A stretch of 64,000 bases of DNA from a phage. The DNA is taken from the sequence record PZ386963.1. One strand, given 5' to 3'. Shown piece by piece: positions 1-10,616 of the stretch; the first letter of the stretch is position 1, and every line of letters starts with the position of its first letter. Under the pieces are notes generated by a model that had not been told where the DNA came from, did not search any database, and saw only the letters and a program-made list of their open reading frames with translations. Made by a program: the position numbers and the translations under genes.

Positions 1-1602
1 ATGGACTTAAATGCTGTTAAGCAGAAGCGAGTGGAAGATGTTAGGAAAGTCCTAGCTGGAGAGTTGGGGCTTTCTGATGAAGTAAAAGAAATTATCAAAT
101 CATTCGGTAAAGACCCCTCTAAATTCCTTCCAACTCAAATTCTGACTTTATTAAGATACACACCAGACCAAGTTCGCCTTATCTTTAAGTTGATGACTGA
201 TAAGAACTATGTAGCCCCTCAGCCGGGTTCTCAAGAGGTCTTTTTAAACACTAATGCTGACTTGGTTCTCTATGGTGGTGCTGCTGGCGCTGGTAAGACT
301 GCTGCATTGTTAATGGACTCTTTAAGATTTATTGAAGACCCTAACTATAATGCTGTGTATTTCCGTCGAAACACAACACAGCTACAAGGTGGTTTATGGC
401 CTGCTGCAAAGAAACTATTTGGTAAGTTTGGTGGGATTCCTCACGAGCAGAAAATGACTATCACATTCCCTTCTGGGGCAACTATCAAGTTTACCTATCT
501 AGAACTTGAAAAGCACGCTGAAGGTCATCAGGGTATTGAATACTCAGCTATTTACTTTGACGAAGGTACACACTTCTCTGCTTCACAGATTTCATACCTA
601 CAAACACGTCTTCGTTCTGGTGCTGAAGGTGATTCATACATGAAGATTTCCATGAACCCAGACAGAGACCACTTTATTTACGATTGGGTAGAGCCATTCT
701 TAGATGAAGAAGGCTATCCAGACCCTGAAAAGTGTGGTCGTATTCGTTGGTATGTAATGAATGATGGTGTGATGGTTTCTGATTGGGAGAGAGACAAGAT
801 TCTTGAAATGTTCCCTCTTGAGATTCCTCAAACATACACCTTCATCTCTGGTACGATTGATGATAACCCAATTCTTGACTTCTTAGAACCTAAGTACCGT
901 GGTAAGTTGGAAAACAACACCCCTGTAAACGTTGCAAGACTTCGTTTCGGTAACTGGAAGGCTCGTGCAGAAGGTTCAAACTATTGGCAAAGACAATGGT
1001 GTGAAATTGTTGATTCACTCCCAGAGGATGTATTTGATGTTAGAGCATGGGACTTAGCAGCAACTTTACCATCTGAAATTAACCCTAATCCAGACTGGAC
1101 AGCAGGTGTTAAGATGGGTAAATCTAAAAAAGACGGTTGCTATTATATCATTGATGTAGTAAGATTTAGAGATAGACCCTCTGGAGTCGAAACACAAATT
1201 AATTTGACTGCTGAAAGTGACGGTAAGCGAACTGGTATTTTTATCCCTCAAGACCCAGGCGCTGCTGGTAAATCCTACGCAACATCCCTCATCAGGAAAC
1301 TTGCCGAGAAAGGCTATCGTGCAAGAGCTAAACCAACAAATAAAGATAAAGTTACCCGCTTTGCGGGATTTTCTGCTGCTTCTGAAGCTGGACTTGTAAA
1401 AGTTTTGAGAGGTAGTTGGAACGAAGCTTATTTCCAAGAGCTTGAAGGCTTTTGTGGTGATGGCAAAACTAAAGATGACCAAGTGGATGCTACCAGTGAT
1501 GCTTTCAACAGTCTTAACGAAGTTAAATTATTCAAGCCACCATCAATGGGTGCTCACACAGACTTAGTGAGAGGAAACCCATATGAGGGGCTTAGACGTT
1601 GA
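1..1602 (+). CDS. terminase large subunit (ATPase/nuclease); may be 5'-truncated at window edge
   Basis: 533-aa ORF; Walker A-like GGAAGAGKT near N-terminus; immediately upstream of portal gene. Confidence 0.75.
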   Translation: MDLNAVKQKRVEDVRKVLAGELGLSDEVKEIIKSFGKDPSKFLPTQILTLLRYTPDQVRLIFKLMTDKNYVAPQPGSQEVFLNTNADLVLYGGAAGAGKTAALLMDSLRFIEDPNYNAVYFRRNTTQLQGGLWPAAKKLFGKFGGIPHEQKMTITFPSGATIKFTYLELEKHAEGHQGIEYSAIYFDEGTHFSASQISYLQTRLRSGAEGDSYMKISMNPDRDHFIYDWVEPFLDEEGYPDPEKCGRIRWYVMNDGVMVSDWERDKILEMFPLEIPQTYTFISGTIDDNPILDFLEPKYRGKLENNTPVNVARLRFGNWKARAEGSNYWQRQWCEIVDSLPEDVFDVRAWDLAATLPSEINPNPDWTAGVKMGKSKKDGCYYIIDVVRFRDRPSGVETQINLTAESDGKRTGIFIPQDPGAAGKSYATSLIRKLAEKGYRARAKPTNKDKVTRFAGFSAASEAGLVKVLRGSWNEAYFQELEGFCGDGKTKDDQVDATSDAFNSLNEVKLFKPPSMGAHTDLVRGNPYEGLRR

Positions 1603-1609
1603 TAGCTAG

Positions 1610-3085
1610 GTGAGAAGAATGGCAGATATTACAGAAACACAAGAAAGCTTACCACCATTTAGAATGGGTGAAGTAGGTTCTTTGGGTCTGAAGGTTAAGA
1701 ATGGAAGAATCTATGAAGAACCTCGTCAGGCACTAAGGTTCCCTGAAAGTATTAAAACTTTCCAATTAATGATGCGTGACCCTGCTGTAGCAGCATCTGT
1801 AAATATTATTAAGATGTTTGTCAGAAAAGTCAACTGGAGATTCGTACCTCCAAAGGGAAAAGAGCAAGACCCTAAAATGCTTGAAAGAGCAGACTTCTTT
1901 AATTCTTTAATGGATGACATGGAGCATGATTGGGCAGATTTTATTAACTCTGTAATGTCATTCTGCACTTATGGATTCTGTGTTAACGAAAAAGTTTATA
2001 AGAAGCGTCAGGGTAAGAAAGGAAAGTACCAATCGAAATTCGATGATGGTTTAATTGGATGGGCTAAATTACCAATCAGAAACCAATCAACACTTGATAA
2101 GTGGTACTTTGACGAAGACTTTAGAAAAGTTACTGGTGTTAGACAGAATCTGAGAAATGTTTCACATATTGCTGGAGCAATTAATCTTGGAGAAAGACCA
2201 CTAACAAGAAAACTTCCACGAGCTAAATTCATGCTGTTTAAGTATGATGATGAATATGGAAACCCAGAAGGTCGTTCACCATTACTTAATGCCTATGTAC
2301 CGTGGAAGTATAAAGTTCAGATTGAAGAGTACGAAGCTGTTGGTGTTTCAAGAGACTTGGTAGGTATGCCAAAAATTGGTTTACCACCAGATTATCTGGA
2401 TGAAAATGCAGAACCTGAAAAGAAAGCTTTCGTACAATATTGCAAAACTGTTGTTAATGATATGATTGCAAATGACAGAGCAGGTTTAATCTGGCCTAGA
2501 TATATCGACCCAGATACTAAAGAGGATATTTTTGAGTTCTCATTAGTTTCTAGACAGGGTGCTAAAGCATACGATACAGGTTCTATTATTGACAGATATT
2601 CCAAGCAGATTATGATGGCATTTATGTCAGATGTTCTTGCTATGGGTCAGTCAAAATATGGTTCATTCTCTCTTGCAGATTCTAAGACAAGCTTACTAGC
2701 AATGTCAGTAGATATTCTGCTGAAGCAAATTAAGAACGTAATTAACCGTGATTTAGTTGCACAGACTTATGCTCTTAATATGTGGGATGATGAAGAACAT
2801 GTGCAAATCACATATGATGATATCGAAACTCCAGACCTTGAAGCAATTGGTTCTTATATTCAGAAAACTGTTGCAGTAGGTGCTTTGGAAGTTGACAAAG
2901 AGCTATCTAACAAGCTTAGAGAGCATATTGGTCTTCCTCCTGCTGATGAGTCTCAGCCAGTATCTGAAAAGCTTTCTCCAAATAGCCAAAGCCGTTCAGG
3001 AGATGGTTATAAGACCGCTGGAGAAGGTACTGCAAAGACACCTTCAGCAAAAGACCCAAGCACAGCAAATAAGGCAAATAAATAA
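1610..3085 (+). CDS. portal protein
   Basis: 491-aa ORF between terminase and protease/scaffold; synteny; size typical of portals. Confidence 0.65.
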   Translation: MRRMADITETQESLPPFRMGEVGSLGLKVKNGRIYEEPRQALRFPESIKTFQLMMRDPAVAASVNIIKMFVRKVNWRFVPPKGKEQDPKMLERADFFNSLMDDMEHDWADFINSVMSFCTYGFCVNEKVYKKRQGKKGKYQSKFDDGLIGWAKLPIRNQSTLDKWYFDEDFRKVTGVRQNLRNVSHIAGAINLGERPLTRKLPRAKFMLFKYDDEYGNPEGRSPLLNAYVPWKYKVQIEEYEAVGVSRDLVGMPKIGLPPDYLDENAEPEKKAFVQYCKTVVNDMIANDRAGLIWPRYIDPDTKEDIFEFSLVSRQGAKAYDTGSIIDRYSKQIMMAFMSDVLAMGQSKYGSFSLADSKTSLLAMSVDILLKQIKNVINRDLVAQTYALNMWDDEEHVQITYDDIETPDLEAIGSYIQKTVAVGALEVDKELSNKLREHIGLPPADESQPVSEKLSPNSQSRSGDGYKTAGEGTAKTPSAKDPSTANKANK

Positions 3086-3585
3086 TGGCTGAAGTTATCT
3101 CTATTTCAAATGCTACACGAGTGCATTCGTATAGAGGTGTTCTTATTATCACTGACAAATTATCTGTAGAGGCTGGCTCAAGGGTCAGCCTTTCAGGTTA
3201 TGTAAGCGATGGTGGAGCCTCTGACGTTTTCACTATTTGCAGGTTACTTGATGCTCCAATGAGTGGAAAACCGTTTATTTCAGGAAATTGTAGTGAAATT
3301 GTTAAAATTCCATTTGACAGTTCATGCCTTTTGGGTGTAAAGTTATATAACTGCGAGAATAAACGTATCAATGTTAATAGCATTGAAGCCGCTTTCATTA
3401 CCCTCGACACTGCATTTCAATCTCCAATGACAGTTAATAAAGAAACAAACAGGCTTGAGTACATTTTTTCACAAAATGATTACAAAGTACTTGTCAAAGG
3501 TAAAGTATATGATATGATTGTAAATGTGGTAGATGAATCTGGTAACCATTCAACAGTCCTTAAACAAAAAGTAAGGTTTAATTAA
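3085..3585 (+). CDS. hypothetical head-module protein
   Basis: 166-aa ORF, start overlaps portal stop (translational coupling). Confidence 0.3.
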   Translation: MAEVISISNATRVHSYRGVLIITDKLSVEAGSRVSLSGYVSDGGASDVFTICRLLDAPMSGKPFISGNCSEIVKIPFDSSCLLGVKLYNCENKRINVNSIEAAFITLDTAFQSPMTVNKETNRLEYIFSQNDYKVLVKGKVYDMIVNVVDESGNHSTVLKQKVRFN

Positions 3586-3917
3586 TGGGAACATTAACTA
3601 TTGATGGTAAGAATAAAATCCTCGCCACGCTAACCCCAACGACTATTATTTTACACAATGTAGACCCAACGGCAGACCCTACAGCAAATAAGGTTACTCA
3701 GCCAGTGGCTATTTATTTTTCTGAACCGGATAATGGCTTAATTGCCTCAGAAGACACAGTTAACATTACTGTCCCAGCTTCTGCAACGGTCTCACACTAT
3801 AGCTTGTGGGATGCTAACGATAAATGCGTGGCAACTGGTGCTCTTAGCAAACCTCAATTCTTTGCTGAAGAAGGTATCTATGTTATCTCTTCAGTCTCTG
3901 TAGATTTAAACAAATAG
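3585..3917 (+). CDS. hypothetical head-module protein
   Basis: 110-aa ORF in structural operon. Confidence 0.3.
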   Translation: MGTLTIDGKNKILATLTPTTIILHNVDPTADPTANKVTQPVAIYFSEPDNGLIASEDTVNITVPASATVSHYSLWDANDKCVATGALSKPQFFAEEGIYVISSVSVDLNK

Positions 3918-3928
3918 GGTGAGTAAAA

Positions 3929-5275
3929 ATGAGTTCGAATATCTTCAGACTTGCTGATAGATTATTCAACCAACCTTTACTAGCCACTGAATCATTAGCT
4001 CACTCAGCAGCAACTTATGTGAATAACAGATTGCTGGGTGATGTCCAAGCAGCAGTAAACTTTGATAAACCCAAAGGTGAAGCAAGAAGTCTTTTAAAAG
4101 TAAAAGATGACATTGCTATTATCCCTATTATGGGTGGTTTAACCCATCGTATGACATTCATTGATGCAATGTGTACAGGTGGATTAAGCTCTTATGAAGG
4201 TTTGCGTAGAGGCTTTGACGAAGCTTTAGCAGATGAGTCAATCAAGACTATTGTTCTGCACATTGATTCTGGTGGTGGTGAAGCTTCAGGTTGCTTTGAA
4301 TTAGCACGTCACATTATGGCTTCAAGAGGCCAAAAGAAAATTATTGCTTATGTAGATGAGTTCGCTTGTTCCGCTGCATACGCTCTTGCATCTTCTGCTG
4401 AAGAAATTATTGCATCACCAGATGCAGATGTTGGTTCTATTGGTGTAATTATGGTTCATCAGGAATTAACTAAAGCATTTGAAAAGAATGGCGTGACAAT
4501 TAACGTCATCAAAGCTGGTGAGTTTAAAGGTATGGGTTCACCATTCCAAGCACTTTCAGAAGAAAGCAAAGAAAGACTTCAAAAGAGAATTAATGATACC
4601 TACGCAACCTTTACAGGTTTTGTAGCCGAATCTCGTAATCTCTCTGAAGAAGCTGTAAAGAATACTGAGGCGAATGTTTATTCTGCTCAGGAAGCTCTTG
4701 AACTTGGTTTAATTAACTCAATCATGTCTCAAGATGATTTCTTAAATTACTTACAAGGTTCTGAAGAGGCTCCTGTAAGTTTAAACGTTAACAATTCAGG
4801 TGAAGAAATGACTGAACAAGAAAAGCAAGAACTAGAAGCTTTGCGTCTTCAGGTTGCTCAAATGAAAGCTAAAGAACAGGAAGCTGCTTTGTCAGATTTG
4901 ACTAATAAGATTTCTGCTTCTGCTGAAGCTTTTGGGTTTGATGCAAAAGAAGCTGCAACGACTATTTTAGGTGCTGGTCTTGATAACCCTCTGAGTGTTC
5001 TGTTTATGAATGCTATGGAAGGTGCTAACCAGAAACTTAATGAAACTATCGCGTCCCACGCTTCTGCAATGGAAGAAAAAGAATCAGAAATCGCCAAGCT
5101 GAAAGAAACTGCTGGTGCTGTTCTTGAACATTCCAACGCTATGGAAGAAGTGGGTAATGACGGCGAAGCTGATTTGGTTGAAGAAGAAAAAGAACCAGCT
5201 AAAAATGCTTCCGAAGACACCGCTGAACAACGCAAACTGGCTCTCCAGAATGCTCTAAAATCTCTTATCAAATAA
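3929..5275 (+). CDS. prohead protease (S49/SppA-like fold) fused to coiled-coil scaffold domain
   Basis: N-terminal half has IAIIPIMGG..VLHIDSGGGEASG..CSAAYALASSAEEI pattern typical of S49 peptidases; C-terminal half is E/K/A-rich helical; position before capsid gene. Confidence 0.6.
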   Translation: MSSNIFRLADRLFNQPLLATESLAHSAATYVNNRLLGDVQAAVNFDKPKGEARSLLKVKDDIAIIPIMGGLTHRMTFIDAMCTGGLSSYEGLRRGFDEALADESIKTIVLHIDSGGGEASGCFELARHIMASRGQKKIIAYVDEFACSAAYALASSAEEIIASPDADVGSIGVIMVHQELTKAFEKNGVTINVIKAGEFKGMGSPFQALSEESKERLQKRINDTYATFTGFVAESRNLSEEAVKNTEANVYSAQEALELGLINSIMSQDDFLNYLQGSEEAPVSLNVNNSGEEMTEQEKQELEALRLQVAQMKAKEQEAALSDLTNKISASAEAFGFDAKEAATTILGAGLDNPLSVLFMNAMEGANQKLNETIASHASAMEEKESEIAKLKETAGAVLEHSNAMEEVGNDGEADLVEEEKEPAKNASEDTAEQRKLALQNALKSLIK

Positions 5276-5286
5276 GGAACACAATA

Positions 5287-5664
5287 ATGGCATATCAAGG
5301 TTTTACTAAGTTAGGTAACAGAGAACCTCTGAATGATATCATTCTTTGGGAACAGATTACCCCAACAGGCCACTCTCGTAAAGAGTACACTCCGGTTGCT
5401 TCAACAGAATACCGTGTAGGTGAAGTTCTGAAAGCAGACGGTACTAAGGTTACAGCAGGGCAAGAAGCTCAGGCTGATTCGGTATGTATCGTTAATTTCT
5501 ACGCAGACCTGCAACTGTCTTACCACGGTCAGTTGAAAGTTGTTGGTATCCACCGTGATGCAGAACTAAAAGACCTGCTAATTCTTGAATCAAGCGTTGA
5601 TGCTGATGAAGTCAAGAAAGCTCTGGCTGCTAAAGGTATTGATTTCGTACCAACTGGCCTGTAA
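5287..5664 (+). CDS. putative head decoration / head-associated protein
   Basis: 125-aa ORF directly upstream of major capsid gene. Confidence 0.3.
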   Translation: MAYQGFTKLGNREPLNDIILWEQITPTGHSRKEYTPVASTEYRVGEVLKADGTKVTAGQEAQADSVCIVNFYADLQLSYHGQLKVVGIHRDAELKDLLILESSVDADEVKKALAAKGIDFVPTGL

Positions 5665-5697
5665 TAACAATAATAAGACATTCTGGAGAATTTTACA

Positions 5698-6804
5698 ATG
5701 TTGACTAATTCTGAAAAAAGCAGATTTTTCCTTGCTGACCTGACTGGTGAAGTCCAGTCTATCCCAAATACTTATGGGTATATTTCCAACTTAGGTCTGT
5801 TCCGTTCAGCACCAATCACCCAAACTACTTTCCTTATGGACTTGACTGATTGGGATGTTAGCTTGCTTGATGCGGTAGACCGTGATAGCCGTAAAGCAGA
5901 GACTAGCGCACCTGAGCGTGTTCGTCAAATCAGCTTCCCAATGATGTACTTCAAAGAAGTTGAAAGCATTACTCCTGATGAGATTCAGGGTGTACGTCAG
6001 CCAGGCACTGCAAATGAACTGACTACTGAAGCTGTAGTACGTGCTAAGAAGCTGATGAAGATTCGTACCAAGTTCGATATTACTCGTGAGTTCCTGTTTA
6101 TGCAAGCTCTGAAGGGTAAAGTTGTTGATGCTCGTGGTACTCTGTACGCTGACCTGTACAAGCAGTTCGACGTTGAGAAGAAGACTGTTTACTTCGACCT
6201 TGACAATCCTAATGCTGACATCGACGCTTCTATTGAAGAACTGCGCATGCACATGGAAGACGAAGCTAAGACTGGCACTGTAATCAACGGTGAAGAAATT
6301 CACGTAGTTGTTGACCGTGTATTCTTCAGCAAACTGGTTAAGCATCCTAAGATTCGTGACGCTTATCTTGCACAGCAGACTCCACTGGCTTGGCAACAGA
6401 TTACTGGTTCTCTGAGAACTGGTGGTACTGACGGCGTTCAGGCTCATATGAACACCTTCTACTACGGTGGTGTTAAGTTTGTCCAGTACAACGGTAAGTT
6501 CAAAGACAAGCGTGGTAAGGTTCACACTCTGGTGAGCATTGATAGTGTAGCAGCAACTGTTGGTGTTGGTCATGCCTTCCCTAACGTATCTATGCTGGGC
6601 GAAGCTAACAACATCTTCGAAGTGGCATATGGCCCATGTCCTAAGATGGGTTATGCAAATACACTTGGTCAGGAACTGTACGTATTCGAATACGAAAAAG
6701 ACCGTGACGAAGGTATTGACTTCGAAGCTCACTCTTACATGCTGCCATACTGCACTCGTCCTCAGTTGCTGGTAGATGTTCGCGCTGACGCTAAAGGTGG
6801 CTAA
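5698..6804 (+). CDS. major capsid protein
   Basis: 368-aa ORF following protease/scaffold; good RBS (GGAGAA); synteny. Confidence 0.6.
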   Translation: MLTNSEKSRFFLADLTGEVQSIPNTYGYISNLGLFRSAPITQTTFLMDLTDWDVSLLDAVDRDSRKAETSAPERVRQISFPMMYFKEVESITPDEIQGVRQPGTANELTTEAVVRAKKLMKIRTKFDITREFLFMQALKGKVVDARGTLYADLYKQFDVEKKTVYFDLDNPNADIDASIEELRMHMEDEAKTGTVINGEEIHVVVDRVFFSKLVKHPKIRDAYLAQQTPLAWQQITGSLRTGGTDGVQAHMNTFYYGGVKFVQYNGKFKDKRGKVHTLVSIDSVAATVGVGHAFPNVSMLGEANNIFEVAYGPCPKMGYANTLGQELYVFEYEKDRDEGIDFEAHSYMLPYCTRPQLLVDVRADAKGG

Positions 6805-6824
6805 TAAACTTAGGAGGGTTATGA

Positions 6825-7274
6825 ATGTGTTATACAGGCGACCCAGCCAATAACCCTCTTGATAGAGTAAGAATCCTCTGCACAGACACTAATAATGATG
6901 AAATTCTTATTGAGCAGTCTGTGCTAGAGTGGTTCTATCTAGAATCTGGAAAGGATGAAAAGAAAGCAGCCATCAAAGCTCTTAAATATTTACTCTTTCA
7001 AGTAGCCAAGATGGGAGATGAGAAGGTTGGTGGTGTTTATTTACGTAACTCTTCCAGATTCAAGTCTCTGAAAGCTGTTTATGATGACCTTGTTAAAAGC
7101 TCTGTTTCAGGACTACCCTATGCAGGTGGTATTAATCAGTGTGATATTGACATGCGTCGTCAGAATCCTTGCTCTGTCAAGAAATACACAGAATATGGTG
7201 ATGCTGCCAGATACGAAGGCAGAGATTACTGCAACCGTGTTAATGGCGTATTTATTATCGAGCGAGATGAATAA
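6825..7274 (+). CDS. head completion / connector protein (hypothetical)
   Basis: 149-aa ORF after capsid gene. Confidence 0.3.
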   Translation: MCYTGDPANNPLDRVRILCTDTNNDEILIEQSVLEWFYLESGKDEKKAAIKALKYLLFQVAKMGDEKVGGVYLRNSSRFKSLKAVYDDLVKSSVSGLPYAGGINQCDIDMRRQNPCSVKKYTEYGDAARYEGRDYCNRVNGVFIIERDE

Positions 7275-7756
7275 TGGTTAAAAGGGTTATTCACCCCGCT
7301 AGAGCAAAATTAGTCGGGGCTATGAAGAACTTGCAAACGGCTAATGCTCAAGTTGGGTATTTTCAAGAACAAGGTCAACATAGCTCTGGTTTTTCTTATC
7401 CTGCTTTAATGTATTTACAAGAAGTTATTGGGGTTCCTTCAGCTTCTGGTAAAGTATATCGTAGGTTGTTTGAAATCACTATGATGCTAAACAAACAGAC
7501 CTTGTTAGAGCAGACTAAGAAGAATCTATATAAGCAACTTAGCAGTCTCAACACAGACCCTTCAGATACCTTAGAAGCATTTGCAAAGAATGCTCAAAAG
7601 GCAATTAAAAGAGGTTTTGGTAACTCTGCTATCCTCCCTCCTAACGCACCTTCCACAGTCAAGAAAAAAGGCTTTAACGCACCTCTTGTTGAGACAGGTG
7701 ACTTAAGAGATAACCTTGCTTATAAAATTTCTACTAAGAAGGGTATTAAAAAATGA
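7274..7756 (+). CDS. head-tail joining protein (hypothetical)
   Basis: 160-aa ORF, overlapping start/stop with neighbours. Confidence 0.3.
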   Translation: MVKRVIHPARAKLVGAMKNLQTANAQVGYFQEQGQHSSGFSYPALMYLQEVIGVPSASGKVYRRLFEITMMLNKQTLLEQTKKNLYKQLSSLNTDPSDTLEAFAKNAQKAIKRGFGNSAILPPNAPSTVKKKGFNAPLVETGDLRDNLAYKISTKKGIKK

Positions 7757-8154
7757 GACTCTTAAAAAGACACAGCTTTGTAGTAAAGCGTAAAGTCTCT
7801 GAAGACGGTTATTATAATGATGATGGTGATTGGGTAGCTTCACAAGATATTGTAGAGGTTAACTGTAAAGGTAATATCCAGCCATATATCAAAGGCTCTG
7901 TAAAGAATGGTACACAGATTGCTTTACCGGAAGGTATCAGGCTTACCGATACAAGAATCCTGTATACTACCTATAAACTTAGAACTTCAGATGATGTAGA
8001 GTGGAATGAGTCTGATATTGTTATGATTGACGGTCATGAGTATGAAGTGTTTATGACTATGGATTGGTCACAGCAATTAGCCCATACGTCCCATTATGAA
8101 TATATCATTATTAGAAGGGATAAAATGAATGCAGTTAGAAACAGCAGAACTTGA
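7753..8154 (+). CDS. head-tail joining protein (hypothetical)
   Basis: 133-aa ORF in structural operon. Confidence 0.3.
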   Translation: MRLLKRHSFVVKRKVSEDGYYNDDGDWVASQDIVEVNCKGNIQPYIKGSVKNGTQIALPEGIRLTDTRILYTTYKLRTSDDVEWNESDIVMIDGHEYEVFMTMDWSQQLAHTSHYEYIIIRRDKMNAVRNSRT

Positions 8155-8728
8155 AAAAGGTCTAGTTAGAACCTTAGTGGATGTTATTGGTCACAGATTA
8201 GCTCGTGATAAAAATAATAGGCCAAACGTAATTAGAGCTTACCCTTCTGATAACTCAAATGACAAAGGTTTAAAACCTGACCAGCCATTTATCACCGTAT
8301 ATTGTCAAGATGCTGCAACACCTTATGGTTGGGTTCTTGATAAGTTTGTTGAGGATGATGTAGTTTGCTACAGAATTGCTTTTCAGATTCCTGTATTGAT
8401 TACGGTAAATGGTAAAGGTGCTCACAGTATTATGCTTGAGCTTAAACAACGATTAGAGATGAGTTCAGTCAGAGATTTAATCCTTGAAGAAACAGGAGCT
8501 ACAGTATTAGACACTGGAGCTATCCCGAATGACTATACTTATCTCAATACAGATTTCGAAAATTCTGCACCTCTTGTTGTAACTCTTGTAAAAAACTCAG
8601 TCCTGAAGGATGAACGTGGAAGTATTATTGAGCGTGTCATTGTTGATGGTGAGTTGGTTTATGAAGAAGGACAAGAGCCACCAGAATATACTATCCATCT
8701 AGATGTAGACTCCAAAGGGGTAAAATAA
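8129..8728 (+). CDS. tail completion / neck protein (hypothetical)
   Basis: 199-aa ORF upstream of putative sheath. Confidence 0.3.
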   Translation: MQLETAELEKGLVRTLVDVIGHRLARDKNNRPNVIRAYPSDNSNDKGLKPDQPFITVYCQDAATPYGWVLDKFVEDDVVCYRIAFQIPVLITVNGKGAHSIMLELKQRLEMSSVRDLILEETGATVLDTGAIPNDYTYLNTDFENSAPLVVTLVKNSVLKDERGSIIERVIVDGELVYEEGQEPPEYTIHLDVDSKGVK

Positions 8729-10081
8729 ATGTGGAATCCAATTGTTAATGTAGATATTACATTGAACACCGCAGGAACTACAAGAGAAGGTTTTGGTTTG
8801 CCACTATTCTTAGCTTCAACAGATAACTTTGAAGAAAGAGTGCGTGGTTACACTTCCTTAACTGAAGTTGCTGAAGATTTCGATGAGAATACTGCTGCAT
8901 ATAAGGCTGCTAAACAACTTTGGAGTCAGACTCCTAAAGTAACTCAGCTTTATATCGGTAGACGCGCTATGCAGTACACTGTATCAATTCCTGATACCGT
9001 TACCGAAAGTACAGACTACTCAATTACTGTAGCTGCTGGCGGTGGAATTTCTCAACCATTCCAGTATACAGCACAAAGCTCAGACACTGCTGAGGTAGTG
9101 TTGCAACAGTTTAAAACACAGATTGAAGCTGACCCAACAATCAAAGATAAGGTTTCTGTGAACGTAACTGGTAGTGCTGGTTCTGCCACAATGATTATTA
9201 CCAAAGCTGGTGATAATGACTTTGTGAAAGTAACAACCACAGCACAGACTGTATATATTGCAAGTACAACTGCCGATACAGCAGCAACTGCTCTGGCAGC
9301 TATCGAAGCTTATTCTACCGACTGGTATTTCATTGCAGCAGAAGACAGGACTCAACAGTTTGTCTTAGCAATGGCTTCTGAGATTCAGGCTCGCAAGAAA
9401 ATCTTCTTTACAGCTAACTCTGATGTAACAGCTCTGCAAGGGACAGAATTAGCCAGTGCAAATGATGTTCCAGCACAGCTTGCTAAGAATATGTACACTC
9501 GTACAGTTTGTTTGTGGCATCACGCAGCAGCAGAAGATTACCCAGAGATGGCATACATTGCTTATGGTGCTCCATATGATGCAGGTTCAATTGCTTGGGG
9601 TAATGCTCAGCTAACTGGTGTAGCAGCTTCTCTACAACCATCTAATCAGAGACCTCTGACAAGTATTCAGAAGTCTGCTTTAGATGCACGTCACTGTAAC
9701 TTTATTGACCTCGATGGTGGTGTTCCAGTGGTTCGTAGAGGGATTACTTCTGGTGGGGAATGGATTGATATCGTCCGTGGTGTTGACTGGTTAGAATCAG
9801 ACCTGAAAACTTCTCTGAGAGACTTGCTAATTAACCAGAAGGGTGGTAAGATTACTTATGATGATACTGGTATTACCCGTATTCGTCAAGTCATTGAAAC
9901 CTCTCTGCAAAGAGCAGTCAACAGAAACTTCCTGTCATCTTACACAGTTAATGTTCCTAAAGCCTCTCAAGTTGCTTTAGCAGACAAGAAAGCTCGTATC
10001 CTGAAAGATGTTACCTTCGCAGGTATCTTAGCAGGGGCTATCTTGGATGTTGACTTGAAAGGTACAGTGGCTTACGAATAA
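8729..10081 (+). CDS. putative tail sheath protein
   Basis: 450-aa ORF followed by a ~150-aa tube-like ORF, chaperones and tape measure (myovirus order). Confidence 0.5.
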   Translation: MWNPIVNVDITLNTAGTTREGFGLPLFLASTDNFEERVRGYTSLTEVAEDFDENTAAYKAAKQLWSQTPKVTQLYIGRRAMQYTVSIPDTVTESTDYSITVAAGGGISQPFQYTAQSSDTAEVVLQQFKTQIEADPTIKDKVSVNVTGSAGSATMIITKAGDNDFVKVTTTAQTVYIASTTADTAATALAAIEAYSTDWYFIAAEDRTQQFVLAMASEIQARKKIFFTANSDVTALQGTELASANDVPAQLAKNMYTRTVCLWHHAAAEDYPEMAYIAYGAPYDAGSIAWGNAQLTGVAASLQPSNQRPLTSIQKSALDARHCNFIDLDGGVPVVRRGITSGGEWIDIVRGVDWLESDLKTSLRDLLINQKGGKITYDDTGITRIRQVIETSLQRAVNRNFLSSYTVNVPKASQVALADKKARILKDVTFAGILAGAILDVDLKGTVAYE

Positions 10082-10096
10082 TAGAGGTAAATTGGA

Positions 10097-10543
10097 ATGG
10101 CTATGTATCAGCAATATTCCCCTAAAGACGTTGTATGTAGCTGGAACGGCATTGCTATTGAAGGCTTTGCCCCAGACTCATTCTTGCGTCTACAGAGAAC
10201 ATCACCACTTGTGACACCAGTTGTTGGTGCAGGTGGTCAGGTTGCTCTGACACGAAATGCAGACAAGACAGGTACTATTGAGATTGAGCTAATGCAGACT
10301 TCTCTCTCTAACCAGATGCTTTCTGCAATTCAAGCTAAACAAGACAATATGGAACTTGAAGAAGATATCTCTTCTAACTTCGTAATCTACGACCCATCAG
10401 GCTCTGTTCTGGCAACTGGTATTAACGCTTGGTTGCAGGAGTTACCACAGATTGAACTTGGTCGTGACCAGAACTCTAAAACTTGGATTTTTGGTTGTGA
10501 GAAGTTAGACTACACTTCTACAATTCCAGCGTCAAGTGTTTAA
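10097..10543 (+). CDS. putative tail tube protein
   Basis: 148-aa ORF between sheath-like gene and chaperone pair; terminator hairpin follows. Confidence 0.5.
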   Translation: MAMYQQYSPKDVVCSWNGIAIEGFAPDSFLRLQRTSPLVTPVVGAGGQVALTRNADKTGTIEIELMQTSLSNQMLSAIQAKQDNMELEEDISSNFVIYDPSGSVLATGINAWLQELPQIELGRDQNSKTWIFGCEKLDYTSTIPASSV

Positions 10544-10616
10544 TAAATCCTATAAGGGGGAGACTTTAAAAGGTCTTCCCCTTTTTTGTTTCTTTTAAAA
10601 GTATTAAGGAATCGCA

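Noticed and set aside
5806-6732. 308-aa ORF on the - strand inside the major capsid gene
   Set aside because: Fully nested antisense to a well-supported structural gene with no RBS context; treated as a shadow ORF. The same reasoning applies to other nested antisense ORFs (for example 1066..1482, 18179..18706, 31683..32105, 53712..54239, 57891..58235).
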